DNA of 64,000 nucleotides, taken from contig JABISL010000050.1 in NCBI GenBank assembly GCA_018700055.1, positions 99,946-163,945 on the forward strand, read 5' to 3'. This document shows positions 10,367 through 19,094 of the stretch, in pieces (the first letter of the stretch is position 1; each line of letters begins with the position of its first letter). The DNA is from a bacterium (GTDB lineage: Bacteria; Margulisbacteria; Marinamargulisbacteria; UBA817; JABISL01). Made by a program: the position numbers and the translations under genes. Below the pieces are notes generated by a model, which was not told the DNA's origin, ran no database searches, and saw only the letters and a program-made list of their open reading frames with translations.

Positions 10367-12220
10367 ATGAGTCATTTTTCCAGCTATATATCCCATTCCA
10401 GCAATGGGCGTTCGTTCGTCCCAGGGGGACTTTACGAAAATCAAGCGGAGAATCAGCCTATTGTACTCCCTCTGTCACAGTCTCAAAACAGATCGGCTCA
10501 GGCTGCAGCTCAACAAGCAACGAACGTTCCATCAGGGCAACGCCCTATTGTCCTACCTAGATCCAGGGCCGCTGCTTGGCAACCAGACTACCAACACCAT
10601 TCTCACCCCTTTCCTTTGCCACCTCATTTCCAACCGCCTAAAACGACTCCAGATTCTATTGCGCATCAAACTAAAAATGCCATTATCGACGCGCTGACGC
10701 CCCCTTACGTTCGCGATAAACTAGTGTCTTTACCACATCATTTTTCAACCTTAACACAGCTAGTTCACCACCTCCCTCTAAATGATCGAACTCTATTGTT
10801 ACGCTCAATTGATCAAACACTATCTACAGAGGAAGGGCGAAACTGTCTGACATCCTATCATTTTACTTCGCCTACGATAGCTTCTTTCTTAGCGACTCTG
10901 GGTCGAACCTTAGACCCTGCAGACCATTCTTTATTATCCCCCTCTATTGAGACTCTATCTCTATCCCCCGAAGGTCTAAAACAGCTCATTCATAAACCAT
11001 TTTTTACACCTCTATTCCAAAATAATCCCCAAAATTCTTTTATGTTTAATACCCCTGAAAAACGACAGATTATTCTACAAACACTCGGCGAGGCCTTTCA
11101 AACTGGATCATCTCACAGAGAGCGTTTCTCTCAAGCCCCCTTTAAAGACCTGGTTATTGAGATCGCAAAGTACACTAAAAAGAATACCCCCGAATTATTT
11201 AAGCCTATGAAGATTCATGTTCTACAGTTAGCGAATTCCGTTCCTGAGATTGGAGAAGCATTGCTACGAGCCGGTGTTATTCATCGTCACCAGCCGCCTG
11301 TTCAGGCGCCACCCTCCTCAGTAGCTGCAATTCGAAACAGTTTAATCCGTACCATTGAGAATAATCCCTCTCAGTCTATTTCTGATCAACCTCAGGAAAC
11401 TGCAGCACCTCCACTAACTCTTTCTGCTGCAATGCAGGCCTTGTTGGGGCCCCCAACTATTCGACCTTTAACTAGTTCTGCGCGCTCATCATCTAACACA
11501 CAGCCCTCTCATGCACTAAGAGCATCTCCTATTACTACGTCATCATCACATGAAGTTGTCCCACCGACACTCTCTCAAACAGAAATAGAAGCCCAACGAA
11601 ACAACTCTATTGATAGTGCTATTGAGAAGAGTGCTCGACACTTTAAAAACATAAAGAACTGTTGTCAGCATATCGTTAATTTTATTGTCTTATCGACTTT
11701 GGGGTTAGAAGAGCATGCCAATCGAATTCCTAAGAAACCATGTAACAATACCTATGATATTAAACATTATCCCACCCCCGTTAAAAGAGAAGGGGGGCTA
11801 CCTCAATACCTTGCGAATACTACTGAAGTCGTTAGTAATATTTCCTTAACACGTTATTCCCCATACGGAACGACGTGGACCATTGATTTGACAGGTGATG
11901 TCCCCGAAGAATCCTACCACCATCATACTCAGTCTATTGCAAAAGCATGGCCCTATTATTCTGTTGATAATGCTGACGACGTTTTGACAGAAATGTTACA
12001 AAAATATAATCATTGCTCATTCGTTATTGTTGAAATTGGGGCGTCTGGATCCCTAGGAGGTCATTCACTCTTGTGTGTTAAAAATGGATCATCTCTCTAT
12101 CTAATAAATAATGGGGCTAAAGTCCTTCAAAAATCCCCCTCTCACCTTGAACTATCCGTTTTCCTCAAAAAGGAAGATTTTAATGTTATGGGGTTAAGGG
12201 TGCTCCACAGCGAAACCTAA
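10367..12220 (+). CDS. Hypothetical protein, 617 aa, Pro/Gln/Ser-rich N-terminal region with a repeated PIVLP motif and a globular C-terminal ~200 aa
   Basis: Long ORF. Low-complexity effector-like N-terminus. The C-terminal region has a Cys..His..Asn spacing loosely reminiscent of papain-fold enzymes (weak). Confidence 0.55.
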   Translation: MSHFSSYISHSSNGRSFVPGGLYENQAENQPIVLPLSQSQNRSAQAAAQQATNVPSGQRPIVLPRSRAAAWQPDYQHHSHPFPLPPHFQPPKTTPDSIAHQTKNAIIDALTPPYVRDKLVSLPHHFSTLTQLVHHLPLNDRTLLLRSIDQTLSTEEGRNCLTSYHFTSPTIASFLATLGRTLDPADHSLLSPSIETLSLSPEGLKQLIHKPFFTPLFQNNPQNSFMFNTPEKRQIILQTLGEAFQTGSSHRERFSQAPFKDLVIEIAKYTKKNTPELFKPMKIHVLQLANSVPEIGEALLRAGVIHRHQPPVQAPPSSVAAIRNSLIRTIENNPSQSISDQPQETAAPPLTLSAAMQALLGPPTIRPLTSSARSSSNTQPSHALRASPITTSSSHEVVPPTLSQTEIEAQRNNSIDSAIEKSARHFKNIKNCCQHIVNFIVLSTLGLEEHANRIPKKPCNNTYDIKHYPTPVKREGGLPQYLANTTEVVSNISLTRYSPYGTTWTIDLTGDVPEESYHHHTQSIAKAWPYYSVDNADDVLTEMLQKYNHCSFVIVEIGASGSLGGHSLLCVKNGSSLYLINNGAKVLQKSPSHLELSVFLKKEDFNVMGLRVLHSET

Positions 12221-12261
12221 TTCCTTCTCCTGATCATCACTAACTTTGCTATAATAAGTCG

Positions 12262-13803
12262 ATGTCTATCAAACCACGAAATGAAGATCCAGGGCTCATG
12301 GACCTAAAAGCCTTGGCGAATGCCGCGCCCAACTTAAAAACGATCTTAAATGAAAAGCGTATTAATGCCGCTATTGTTGAGGCTAGTCCGTTACAGTTTT
12401 CTTACGCCTGCTCGCAAGTGAATGATGCTGTGATTAATCAATTCCAAACGCTCTCTGATGACTGGAAAATCCTGGGACATTATGACGAAGTACTGGCAGG
12501 AAAAGCTGTGAATCAAACAGAGGCGCGTTCTGTCTCTCATCATGGACTTCGCGATCCTCAAAATAAAGAAGCCATTGCCAGTCATAGCGATATTACTGAG
12601 TTTGTTTCTCGAATACATGATGGGGATTTACTCGGATATACCGACATGCCTTTTGATACCGTCGTTCAAATTGGAATCGGAGGGTCAGAGCTAGGCGTTC
12701 GTGCCGCTTATGAAGCGTTAGTTCCTTATGCCACCACTCAAAATGGGCATCTTATGGAAGCCGATTTTGTAGGTAATATCGACCCGGATGGATGTGCCAT
12801 TACATTGGGAAGCGTCGACTGGGATAGCACCTTATTTATTATCGTATCCAAAAGCGGTAATACTCTTGAGACTCAAGCCAATTTGGCGTATCTAAAAGCC
12901 TCTTTGAGGGATGATGGCATCGATGTTGATGCATACCTTAAGCAGCATTGTGTTGTTATTACAGGTAATGGGAGCATTTTAGATCGTCCCAATACTTATC
13001 TAAAAACCTTTTCTCTTTCAGATTCTATCGGTGGTCGTTTTTCAGTGATGAGTCCCGTAGGGTTGGTTCTTCTGAGTTTGGCATTTGGCTCAGAAATAGC
13101 TCTATCTCTACTATTGGGAGCCGCTAAAATGGACCAAAACGCCCATGCCAAAGACGTCAAAAAGAATGCCTCACTTATGGCTGCCTTTATTGCCTACTGG
13201 GAACGTGTCTGCTTGGGGTATGAAGCTGTAGCAATTGTTCCTTATTCCGAATCACTTCGATCCTTTCCTTTCCATCTGCAGCAATTGTTATGTGAGAGTA
13301 GTGGAAAAAGTGTCACGGTTGATGGAAAACCAATTCATACTCCTACGAGTCGTGTTGTATTTGGAGGTGCAGGAACATCATTACAACACTCCACTTTTCA
13401 AATGCTCCACCAAGGCCCCGATACTATTCCGGTTCAATTTATTGGATTCCGGAACAGTGTTTGCTCGGATTCTCCTGACATTCATGACAAAAACCATGAC
13501 GCATTATTACAAAATCTTGTGGCTCAAATGACTGCTTTGGCCGTTGGAAATGACTCTAATGACCCCCGAAAACGTCATGACGGTCATCGCCCATCGTCTT
13601 GTATTATTGCCGAAGCCCTTACACCAGATGTTGTGGGCGCTCTTTTTGCCTTTTACGAAAACATGGTGATGTTCACGGGTGCGTTATTTGACATTAACAC
13701 CTACGACCAACCCGGCGTAGAGTATGGTAAACTCCTCGCAAAAGACTGTGAAGGATCCGTGTCAGACACTCGTCTTCAAGCATTCTTGGGACTGTTTACG
13801 TAA
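12262..13803 (+). CDS. pgi: Glucose-6-phosphate isomerase
   Basis: PGI signature DSIGGRFSVMSPVG and overall SIS-domain layout. Confidence 0.85.
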   Translation: MSIKPRNEDPGLMDLKALANAAPNLKTILNEKRINAAIVEASPLQFSYACSQVNDAVINQFQTLSDDWKILGHYDEVLAGKAVNQTEARSVSHHGLRDPQNKEAIASHSDITEFVSRIHDGDLLGYTDMPFDTVVQIGIGGSELGVRAAYEALVPYATTQNGHLMEADFVGNIDPDGCAITLGSVDWDSTLFIIVSKSGNTLETQANLAYLKASLRDDGIDVDAYLKQHCVVITGNGSILDRPNTYLKTFSLSDSIGGRFSVMSPVGLVLLSLAFGSEIALSLLLGAAKMDQNAHAKDVKKNASLMAAFIAYWERVCLGYEAVAIVPYSESLRSFPFHLQQLLCESSGKSVTVDGKPIHTPTSRVVFGGAGTSLQHSTFQMLHQGPDTIPVQFIGFRNSVCSDSPDIHDKNHDALLQNLVAQMTALAVGNDSNDPRKRHDGHRPSSCIIAEALTPDVVGALFAFYENMVMFTGALFDINTYDQPGVEYGKLLAKDCEGSVSDTRLQAFLGLFT

Positions 13804-14505
13804 TTAAAGAAACTGTTTTCGAAATCGAAAAAGTATTGGCAGGCGTTTGATACGACTTGGCGAGACAATGAGTCTGTACAACCATTCGATGCCTAAGGAT
13901 TGAGTCCATTTTGGAGCGCGACGTTTAGCTCCAGAAAGTACATCTATCGCGCCACCACATCCAATACCAATACCTCTCTGCAGATTATTCTGACAGTGGA
14001 TCAAAAACTGCTCTTGTTGAGGAAATCCCATCGCGGCGATCACTAGATCTGGATCTGCATCCTTTATCGCATGAATCACTACGGGAAGATCGTCTGTCTC
14101 ACTGTACCCATGATGAAAATAAACCCATTTGCATTTGGGGTACTTGGCCTGAAGCACCTTTTTTCGCTGATATATCTCATTGGGTTTTCCGCCAACTACA
14201 GCTACCTTTATCTTGGGAATACTAAGCAAATCATCTACCACTTCCACGCCTGGATAGGGTGATAAGGGGGCGTTGACTCTTCGCTTTAATGCACGGATAA
14301 CTCCAACTCCATCTGGGATTATAAACTTGGCTCTCTGAATCCATTTGGTGGTTTGGGAAGACTCTAGGGCTGTCATCATTATCTCGGGATTAAGCGTTAC
14401 TATCCGATCAAAATTAGCGGTGTCGATAGCCTCTCGAACGGCTTTTAAAATACGCTTTCGTGACTCAATACAAATATGAAACGGTCCTAAAAGAAGTGTC
14501 TTCAT
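13804..14505 (-). CDS. WecB/TagA/CpsF-family glycosyltransferase (GT26)
   Basis: 233 aa. Family-typical motifs (TLNPEIMM..., DGVGVIRALK, GGAIDVLSG..WLYRL). Confidence 0.7.
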   Translation of the reverse strand: MKTLLLGPFHICIESRKRILKAVREAIDTANFDRIVTLNPEIMMTALESSQTTKWIQRAKFIIPDGVGVIRALKRRVNAPLSPYPGVEVVDDLLSIPKIKVAVVGGKPNEIYQRKKVLQAKYPKCKWVYFHHGYSETDDLPVVIHAIKDADPDLVIAAMGFPQQEQFLIHCQNNLQRGIGIGCGGAIDVLSGAKRRAPKWTQSLGIEWLYRLIVSPSRIKRLPILFRFRKQFL

Positions 14506-15497
14506 CCAATAAGACCCTTCGCTCGTTCCAAAGGATTTTGAACCAGTCGGATTAATTCAGTCTGGTAATGTGTTCTTTGTTTGGCAAAGTCATTCCAAAT
14601 ACTCGGTAAGTCTTGCGTTGCCCTAGGTGATCGAAGATCTAGAAAAGGTTGTCCGCAATCTTTCGCGAGCGATATCAGCTTTTCATCTGATGCCAACGCT
14701 AAAAACGGAATGCCATGAAGAGCAGCGTATGCGGCTGCATGATATCTCATCGTTATCATTCCCTTTAAAGGTAATTCTCCATCTAGACCAATTGTGTTCA
14801 TATCCGATAAAGATAGCGTTTGATCTTGAAATATATGACGTGTAAATGGAATATCCCATTTTGGATGCATCGCTAATAGCTTCTTAGGAGAGACTATCTT
14901 ATTTAATAATTTAGATAGTACTTCTTTAAGAGAAGGAGGCATATCCATCGGCCTAAGCGAAATACCAATATTAGTAGCCACTTTCGGGGTAGTCATTTTT
15001 CCCTTATAAAATACTAGATCACTGACCAAGTAACTCCTGGTAACGCCTAGTGCCCCAAGTGCTTCTTGGCTACAAGTATCTCTTACAGAGACCGTCACAT
15101 TGGCATGAGACAAAAGATTAGCGAGCCAACGCCCCAATCTAGGGGATCGAATCGGCCCAATTCCTTGAGCTAACAATGTGACAGACTTGGTCGTCTTAGT
15201 CGCTCGCCACAAAATAGCTAAATAGTACAAAAAACTACGCCTAGAACTACTATCTTGAAACAGTCCTCCTCCACCAAAAACCACATGGTCTGATTGATTG
15301 ATCGCGCGAGCCAATGCCCTTATCGACCACCGATCAACAGATGTGAAACCGACATAATTGGGTGCTGTTTTGGGCAGGCTAATCTGAATATGGGCATCCG
15401 GATAGTGATCCCGAACCCAGCGAATACTTTGATTCAAAAGCCATTCATCGCCGGCGTTCTGGAAGCCGTAATACCCAATCAGAAGGACTGTTGTCAC
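14502..15497 (-). CDS. Polysaccharide pyruvyl transferase family protein (CsaB-like)
   Basis: N-terminal GYYGFQNAGDEWLL motif typical of the family. 4-nt overlap with the downstream GT26 gene. Confidence 0.55.
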   Translation of the reverse strand: MTTVLLIGYYGFQNAGDEWLLNQSIRWVRDHYPDAHIQISLPKTAPNYVGFTSVDRWSIRALARAINQSDHVVFGGGGLFQDSSSRRSFLYYLAILWRATKTTKSVTLLAQGIGPIRSPRLGRWLANLLSHANVTVSVRDTCSQEALGALGVTRSYLVSDLVFYKGKMTTPKVATNIGISLRPMDMPPSLKEVLSKLLNKIVSPKKLLAMHPKWDIPFTRHIFQDQTLSLSDMNTIGLDGELPLKGMITMRYHAAAYAALHGIPFLALASDEKLISLAKDCGQPFLDLRSPRATQDLPSIWNDFAKQRTHYQTELIRLVQNPLERAKGLIG

Positions 15498-16687
15498 GCC
15501 AATGCGGTTTTGGTAGTCTCGAATCGGATGTTATGCGTCTTCATTCGTCGAATCGCTTCTTCTAGCCTTTCGTTAGGCGTAGTGATTGAGATTCGGAAAT
15601 ACCCTTCCCCATTCTCACCATAGCCTGTCCCAGGAACGACTAATATTCCAGCTGTTTCCAACATGAAGATAGTGAATTCTTGCGAAGTATATCCAGCAGG
15701 TATTGGTGCCCAGATGTAATACGTTGCTCTAGGGTAGTCCAAGTTCCATCCTTGCTCATTTAGTCCGTCTACAATAATGTTCCTACGAACTTTTAGTAGG
15801 TCGTTTTGCTCTTGAATAAACGGTTGGTCGTTATCCAGCGCATGAATAGCTGTTTCTTGAATTGCCTTAAATACACCGGAGTCTACATTGGTTTTTATTT
15901 TGCCAAGAATTTGAATCGCTTCGGCATTACCTACGGCCATTCCAACGCGCCACCCTGTCATGTTGAATGTCTTAGAAAGACTATGAAATTCAATACAAAT
16001 ATCCATGGCACCTTCAAATTCCAATATGCTCCGAGGTTTGTCATCAGCATCAAAATATACTTCGGAATAAGCCAAATCCATGCATATTAAGACATCATTA
16101 GTCTTCGCCCATTTAATTGCCTTTTCTAAAAAGGCATCTCTTGCCAGGGTTCCTGTAGGGTTTCCTGGATAGTTAAGAAACAACATTTTGGACTTCGCTA
16201 GGATATCCGCTGGAATTCCGTCCAAATCGGGTTCGTAGTTATTAGCTTCATCAACATTAAGCTTGTAAGGTTCACCGCCAGCAATCAAAACCCCTGTTTG
16301 ATATGCGGGGTACCCTGGATCAGGCAATAATGCCACATCGCCTGGGTCTAGAAATGAAAGGAACGAATGAACGATTCCTTCTTTGGATCCAATCAATGAA
16401 ATAACTTCATTTTCTGGGTCTAGCGTCACACCAAAACGTTTTTTGTACCATCGTGCTACAGCTGTACGATAATCTTTGGTTCCTTGGTAAGGGGGATAGT
16501 CATGATTAGCTGGGTTTTGAACGGCTTCAACCATTTTATCAACGATAAACTTAGGTGTGGGTAGATCAGGATCGCCAATTCCTAGGTCGACAACGTCGAT
16601 TCCTTTGGCTTGGGCTTCTGCTTTCTTCTTATCAATTACCGCAAAGATATAAGGTGGGATGCGGTCGATTCGTGTAGATTTTTTCAT
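15494..16687 (-). CDS. dapL: LL-diaminopimelate aminotransferase (class I PLP aminotransferase, DapL-type)
   Basis: PLP-lysine motif FHSLSKTFNMTGWRVG. N-terminus (RIPPYIFAVIDK..VVDLGIGDPDLPTP) resembles DapL. Adjacent to dapF. Confidence 0.6.
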   Translation of the reverse strand: MKKSTRIDRIPPYIFAVIDKKKAEAQAKGIDVVDLGIGDPDLPTPKFIVDKMVEAVQNPANHDYPPYQGTKDYRTAVARWYKKRFGVTLDPENEVISLIGSKEGIVHSFLSFLDPGDVALLPDPGYPAYQTGVLIAGGEPYKLNVDEANNYEPDLDGIPADILAKSKMLFLNYPGNPTGTLARDAFLEKAIKWAKTNDVLICMDLAYSEVYFDADDKPRSILEFEGAMDICIEFHSLSKTFNMTGWRVGMAVGNAEAIQILGKIKTNVDSGVFKAIQETAIHALDNDQPFIQEQNDLLKVRRNIIVDGLNEQGWNLDYPRATYYIWAPIPAGYTSQEFTIFMLETAGILVVPGTGYGENGEGYFRISITTPNERLEEAIRRMKTHNIRFETTKTALA

Positions 16688-16770
16688 AATAATAACTCCT
16701 TAAGGTGGCAACTGCCCCTTCAATTCGAGGCTATATTATAGCTGGAAACTGAGGTTATTTATAGTCATGT

Positions 16771-17655
16771 TCAAGCGTGAACTGAAAGAGCGACAGTCCC
16801 AGTGTATGACAAAGTAGCGGACCCCGTCATAAATACATGATTACTACTTAAGTCCCAGTCGATATCGAGGGGGCCGCCAGGAAGATTAACGCGAACCTGG
16901 CGATTCATTTTGTCATTAAGAACGCCGGCTACGCCAATGGCACAAGCGCCGGTTCCGCAAGCTAGCGTTGGTCCAGCACCGCGCTCCCAAACTTTCATTG
17001 TGCATTCGGATGGGCTGTTGATCTCGACAAACTCAGTATTAATTCCTTCTGGAAATGCTGCGTTTCTCCCGAATTCTGGGCCCAACTGAGCAAATGGAAG
17101 AGCCTCTAATTGGTCTACAAAAACTACCGCGTGAGGATTTCCCATTGATACCGCTGTGAATTCATATTCTGTTTCTGAAACCGTAATGGCTTCTGCTATC
17201 ACGGAATCATTGGGCACCCCTGAAATGGGAATAGCATGACGATTTAGAATAGGTTCGCCCATATCAACTTTTACATTCGCCACATCTTTTGAGTTGCTAA
17301 GTATTTCAGGAATAATCGGTCCGGCCAATGTCTCTATCGTCATTTTTGGGCCGTCTAAAATCTCATTATCCACTACATATTTGGCAAAACACCTGATGCC
17401 ATTGCCACACATCTCCGGCTCAGAGCCATCGGAATTAATGATTCTCATTTTGATATCCGCCGTATCTGAAGGTAATGCCAAAATAACACCATCGCCACCA
17501 ATCCCAAAGTGTCGATCACAGAGTTGAACGGCTGCTTTGCAAATCGCCTCTTCATCTATTGCGCGTGTAATTCCATCAATGAGAATAAAGTCGTTTCCCA
17601 AACCGTGCATTTTTGTAAAGTTAATCATGGGATTAGTATACAAGATCTTGGACAT
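16771..17655 (-). CDS. dapF: Diaminopimelate epimerase
   Basis: HGLGNDFILID start. Both catalytic Cys motifs are present (CGNGIRC and CGTGACA). Confidence 0.85.
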   Translation of the reverse strand: MSKILYTNPMINFTKMHGLGNDFILIDGITRAIDEEAICKAAVQLCDRHFGIGGDGVILALPSDTADIKMRIINSDGSEPEMCGNGIRCFAKYVVDNEILDGPKMTIETLAGPIIPEILSNSKDVANVKVDMGEPILNRHAIPISGVPNDSVIAEAITVSETEYEFTAVSMGNPHAVVFVDQLEALPFAQLGPEFGRNAAFPEGINTEFVEINSPSECTMKVWERGAGPTLACGTGACAIGVAGVLNDKMNRQVRVNLPGGPLDIDWDLSSNHVFMTGSATLSYTGTVALSVHA

Positions 17656-17672
17656 CTATTACACTGGGAAGT

Positions 17673-18254
17673 ATGTGGAAAATGATTAAATCTCGTTATG
17701 CGAAATGGGTCGACTATAAGGCCAAAATCAAAGCTGAAAGTGCGATAAAATACTTCATCTTAGACGGTGTCGAAAGTATTATTGTGGCTTTGGGAATGGC
17801 GTTAGTCATCAAAACCTATATTCTCCAAACATCATTAGTCTATTCCGGGTCTATGATCCCTACTCTTGGGATCAATGATCGATTGATCGTTAACAAGGTC
17901 ATCTATCATACTCGTGCCCCAATACGCGGTGAAATTGTCTTGTTTGAATCACCTTATAAAGATAAAAAGGAATTCGTAAAACGACTTATTGCTTACCCAG
18001 GTGAATTGGTTGAAGTTAAGCGAGGCATCATCTATATCAATGGAACGCAGCTAGTTTTAGCCGGTGTAAATGTTCAGCGTGATTACAGTTATTACGGTCC
18101 CGAAACGGTTCCCGAAAACTCATACTTTGTTATGGGTGATAATCGTGGAAATTCAGCCGATTCTCGTGTTTGGGGGTTTGTTCCAAGAAATGAGCTCATT
18201 GGCAAAGCGATTTTTACCTTTTGGCCTCCCAGCCGTGTTCAAGTTCTACACTAG
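17673..18254 (+). CDS. lepB: Signal peptidase I
   Basis: Catalytic Ser box SGSMIPTL and the C-terminal GDNRGNSADSRVWGFV box. Confidence 0.8.
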   Translation: MWKMIKSRYAKWVDYKAKIKAESAIKYFILDGVESIIVALGMALVIKTYILQTSLVYSGSMIPTLGINDRLIVNKVIYHTRAPIRGEIVLFESPYKDKKEFVKRLIAYPGELVEVKRGIIYINGTQLVLAGVNVQRDYSYYGPETVPENSYFVMGDNRGNSADSRVWGFVPRNELIGKAIFTFWPPSRVQVLH

Positions 18255-18260
18255 CCAGTC

Positions 18261-19094
18261 ATGAACCTAACCGTTAACGGCGACCCAATGGATGTGGCGG
18301 CTTCTAACCCCACGGTCGCAGATGTTGTGTCTCAACTTAAGTTAAACCCGGCTCATATTGTCGCGGAACATAATGGTGAGGTGCTTAGCTCGGAGCGCTT
18401 TGGTACACCCGTCTATGATGGTGATAAGCTCGAACTCGTTCGGTTTATGGGTGGTGGTGCTATCACAGCACCAGATCACTTTGAGACTCAGTGGGATAAC
18501 ATTGCCAAGTCTTCCCCAAAAGAAAATATGGCCTATGACGCCCAGTTACTGGAAACTCTCTCCGACTCTACTCGAGTGTTTCGTCTCTACCAATGGCCCA
18601 GCCCAGGAATAACTTATAGCTACAAACAAACATTACCTGAAACGTTACAATCCCAAGCCAATAGCTCCCGAATCACTGGTGGCGGGGTTGTGTTTCATGA
18701 GACTGGCGACGGGCTATTCACCGCAATCGGTTGGTTAACAGACCCGATGTTTCCCAAACGTCTCAAAGATAAAATGGCCTTTTTTAGCGACCAGTTACAT
18801 GACGCCTTTTTAAAAATAGAAATCCCTCTCGACGCCAATGAATCAGAGGGGCCAATCGACAGAGACTACTGTAAGCAATACCCCAACCCTTTTGAGCTAT
18901 CCTTGAATGGCGAAAAAATTGTGGCGTTAACACTTAGACGGTTTAAGGATCGGTTTATTATGCAAGGCATATTGCATTTACATTCCATTGACTCAAATGT
19001 ATCTTGGCAAGCCTTAAGTGAGGCAATTCAGTCCAGCTTTACTGGACTGAAGACAACGATCGAAGAAGAGACGGAAGCTCCGTCAAATCTTTGA
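18261..19094 (+). CDS. Fusion protein: N-terminal ThiS/MoaD-like beta-grasp domain (~65 aa, internal GGG) plus lipoate/octanoate-protein ligase (LplA/LipB/LipM) catalytic domain
   Basis: N-terminus (MNLTVNGDPMDV..VVSQL..GDKLELVRFMGGG) matches ThiS-like proteins. The C-terminal domain carries the BPL/LPL signature (RITGGGVVFHETGDG, equivalent to RRSSGGGAVFHD) and the conserved Lys region (GEKIVALTLRRFKDRFIMQG). Confidence 0.55.
   Translation: MNLTVNGDPMDVAASNPTVADVVSQLKLNPAHIVAEHNGEVLSSERFGTPVYDGDKLELVRFMGGGAITAPDHFETQWDNIAKSSPKENMAYDAQLLETLSDSTRVFRLYQWPSPGITYSYKQTLPETLQSQANSSRITGGGVVFHETGDGLFTAIGWLTDPMFPKRLKDKMAFFSDQLHDAFLKIEIPLDANESEGPIDRDYCKQYPNPFELSLNGEKIVALTLRRFKDRFIMQGILHLHSIDSNVSWQALSEAIQSSFTGLKTTIEEETEAPSNL

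Noticed and set aside
10404-10697. 97-aa ORF in an alternative frame inside the 617-aa gene
   Set aside because: It is embedded in a longer, better-supported ORF and has no independent evidence.
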